Below, piece after piece: positions 61,101-64,000 of a stretch of DNA of 64,000 nt. Numbering within the stretch: position 1 is the first letter of the stretch; each line of letters starts with the position of its first letter. Under the pieces are notes generated by a model. The model worked only from the letters and a program-made list of their open reading frames with translations. It was not told where the DNA came from and made no database searches. The translations under genes and the position numbers were made by a program. Source of the DNA: Monocercomonoides exilis PA203 (lineage: Eukaryota > Protista > Preaxostyla); assembly GCA_001643675.2 (NCBI GenBank), contig LSRY02000002.1:2046001-2110000 (forward strand), in the 5' to 3' direction.

Positions 61101-62075
61101 GATCTCTTCTCGGCTAATGCCTTCCACCTTCGCAAGCATCATCTGCATTGTTCTCAGTGCTTCCATCAGAACTTCTGAATGAACTTCACTTGCTGCACAT
61201 TCTATTACGTTCGCCCACATCGTATTAAAAATGCATTCCTTACCGATTTTTTTCTTTAGCATCTTCACAGCATCTCTTCTTTTAAAGCGGTCTCCAATCC
61301 AATAACTCAAACGAAGAGAATTTTCACGAGACTTCTCACTTGCGCCAGTATTGCATGTAGAAAATAAATTTGAAAGAACTGTAGAAGGAAGCGAAAGGCA
61401 TTGTGAAACTGTCACAGCATTTCCATCTGCCATTGTTAAAATCATATTCAATTCGCTGTTTTCTTCTTTTTTTGTCTCTTCTTTATTTTGAGCATCTTGC
61501 ATTTCTCCGACATTATTATTGCTTGAAACCTTCAGATTTTCATGAAATGCAGGCGTGCTCTGAAAACGAGAAATTTCACAATAATTGAAAATATATAAAG
61601 AGAAATATTTGTGAATATTATTGTAAAGTTATTGGAAATTAAGATATTTTGCAAATTTAACAAACTTCTTGAGTATTTATATGATTTATTGGATCAGAAT
61701 AATCTTGCTTTTCTATAAATCAAACGATTTTGTGATAATAGTTACATGATAAAAACATATACAATGCTCAAAGGCATACTAAACATCCCAGATTTTATTC
61801 TTTTATTTCTTTCATCTCCTTCAAACACTGTTTCTGTAATAGGTGATCCTAAATGGACGTTATCGCTGCTTTCACAACTATTAATGCCGCAATATGTTAA
61901 AGAATTATCTTTGCGAATATCATGTGCAACGATAGCTTTGTCATTGGCTTGTTCCTCTAAAAAAACAACACATATAATATCTTCAAGCAACAACATAAAA
62001 TATCACACTCATTGCGCTCTTTTCGCTTAAAGCACCAGAAATTTGCTCATAAGCATGATTTGAAAGGGTGGTCAT
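56865..62075 (-). CDS. Very large Ser/Pro-rich low-complexity protein with ARM-like terminal segments
   Basis: 1545-aa terminal ORF (56865-61502), with phase-compatible small upstream exons to about 62075. It contains poly-Ser and poly-Pro tracts. The C-terminal CIDEMEANGEFDVLYSYLFHPSESVCFFASSII resembles an ARM/importin-alpha final repeat. Confidence 0.75.
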
Positions 62076-62447
62076 GGCCTTGGCCAACGTTCCTTTCAAT
62101 TTTCAGTGTGACAATTGACCAAACAGTTGATCTAAGCCTTTATTTATAACAAAAAATCAAATTTCTAAGCACAATTATTATTTGATTTACAATTGCATAT
62201 ATTATTATAAATAAGTGAAATGGACGAAAAAATGGTGTTATTTTTAATAGCAAGAAAATTAAGAAAAATCCATAACTCTATAATGAAAAACACATATCAC
62301 ATGCAAGAAAGCAATTGCTCTCTGCCACTTTTAAAAGATAATTATAGATGAAATAATAGATAACAGTCTCAATTCTGATGAAGAGAGCTGAAGGTGATAC
62401 AAATGCATCAAACTTGAAATGTTTTGAAATGAAGAGCAAGGAAATGT

Positions 62448-63150
62448 TCAACTCCAACAAGAGCAGTGTACATCCGATATAAAATTCCAATATAAAATTT
62501 CATACTCCTCTTGGGTGACATTGCAATTAAAGTTTATCTTTTTTAAAAAAATCACTTCTGATTGATTTAAAATGGAAAGAGGAACCCCAAGTTGTTTTGC
62601 CCACCAACTATTTGTAAAAGGAATATCTCTTTCCATTTTCGTTGTAATAGTAATTGCGCACAATAACAGTGTCCCAAGGTTTGCTTCAGACACGATAGAT
62701 TTTCCACCTTGACGAATTAGCTCAGATTCCTCAGCAAGCATTCTTGTCGTGAGAATATAAAAATGTGATAATTCTGCATTTGTCAGTTTTGCGTATTTTC
62801 CAACATAGCTTATAAAATGTTTGATTTGATTGACCATTAATTCACCTGGTTTAGACAGATAGAATTTGTTTGATGGCAACTGAATATCAACTAATCTTGG
62901 AAGGCATGAAGATAAATGTGATGTAATTGAAAAGGCGACATATTGAACAAAAGCTTCATTGATTCCAGAAAGGGAAAATTCCGAAATCGAATATTTTGAA
63001 TCCGCGACGATTGGTGCAGCAACGTCTTCGTTTTTCTCATTTTTTGAATTTTGAAATATTTCGCAATTATGCTCTGAGCCTAGAATTTGCGCAGCAAGAA
63101 TTGAAGTACTTGGAAAATTTATAATTGAGCATAAATTATTTTTAAAAGGG
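62448..63150 (-). CDS. Pho80/PCL-like cyclin-box protein (boundaries uncertain)
   Basis: IKHFISYVGKYAKL...NLGTLLLCAITITTKMERDIPFTNSWWAKQLGVPLSILNQSEVIFLKKINFNCNV matches the Pho80-type cyclin pattern. The frame is open to about 63150. Confidence 0.8.
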
Positions 63151-63704
63151 AATCAAGTTGAAATAATTGGGAAATAATTTTTTTTAAAAATTCAAAATGA
63201 AAAATATTTCAAAGTCACACCTCATAAAAGATGAAGAAGCAAATTGAATGGGTAAATCCATGTAACTACGTGATTGACAATCAAGCGTTACACATGAATT
63301 TGCCATCTTTGAACGAATTAGAAAACTATTATCTTTCAAGGAAATGAAATATGGTAACGGAGTCGGAAATAAAAATTGATAATCATGGGAGGAAAAAATT
63401 TTTCTCCGTAAAAAAACCTTGACATGTCAAGTCATTAATTAGAACATGTAATGTATGCATCAAAAAGATTGAACTTTAAATATCCGATTGTCCGAGAGTG
63501 TTTGATCAAATAAGTAACCATATATTACTTTTTATTTTAATTTTTAATCCTTCATAACGTGATATAAGTTTGTCTTTAAAATCATCAAATATAATTTTTC
63601 TTATAATTTAAATTATTTAATTATTAATTAAATATAATTGTTGAAATCACTTTTATATTTAAAATTTTTGTTTTAAATGGATTAACATTCAATAATATTC
63701 CTAG

Positions 63705-64000
63705 TGTCAGGAGAAATCAGAAAAGAAACAACTTCACTAAAGAAAATAGATCTTTGGAAGCGTAGTTCAATGGTTTATCATGCATTTGATCAGAAGCTTG
63801 AAGATATTCCGCCTCAATTAACATTTAAACTTCGCCCACATCAGCAAATCGGGGTGCAATGGATGATCATGAGAGAGACAGACCCCCCTGGAGGTTTTGC
63901 AATGCGAGGAGGGATTTTAGCAGATGAAATGGGGTTAGGAAAAACAATAGAAGTTTTGGCCCTTTTGGCAATTGAAAAACATCAGAAAAATCGCTTAATA
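63705..64000 (+). CDS. SNF2-family ATPase (Rad5/Rad16/SHPRH-like), partial exon running off the right edge
   Basis: LRPHQQIGVQWMIMRE...RGGILADEMGLGKTIEVLAL (Q motif and Walker A). Upstream exons may begin near 63231. Confidence 0.9.

Overview
AT-rich eukaryotic protist DNA with short GT-AG introns (about 45-90 nt) and the standard genetic code. The gene families resemble those of the oxymonad Monocercomonoides, which is an inference. Housekeeping-type genes flank the window. On the left are two large hypothetical genes, CRIPT and tRNA-Arg(CCT). On the right are a NAP/SET histone chaperone, a huge Ser/Pro-rich protein, a Pho80-like cyclin and the start of a Rad5/16-like SNF2 ATPase. Between about 11 and 54.5 kb lies a transposon and pseudogene island. 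It holds a complete pogo/Fot1-like DD35D transposon, several MITE/foldback elements, a structurally complete but decayed DIRS retrotransposon, decayed pogo and Harbinger/ISL2EU-like transposases, a bacterial-type O-acetyltransferase pseudogene and an intact 4153-aa receptor-like pseudokinase. The most unusual feature is a predicted 5-exon gene of about 1205 aa (16459-20334, minus). It encodes a Sola2-like DDD transposase with an apparently catalytically intact USP (peptidase C19) deubiquitinase domain inserted inside it, next to a GC-rich nested hairpin.
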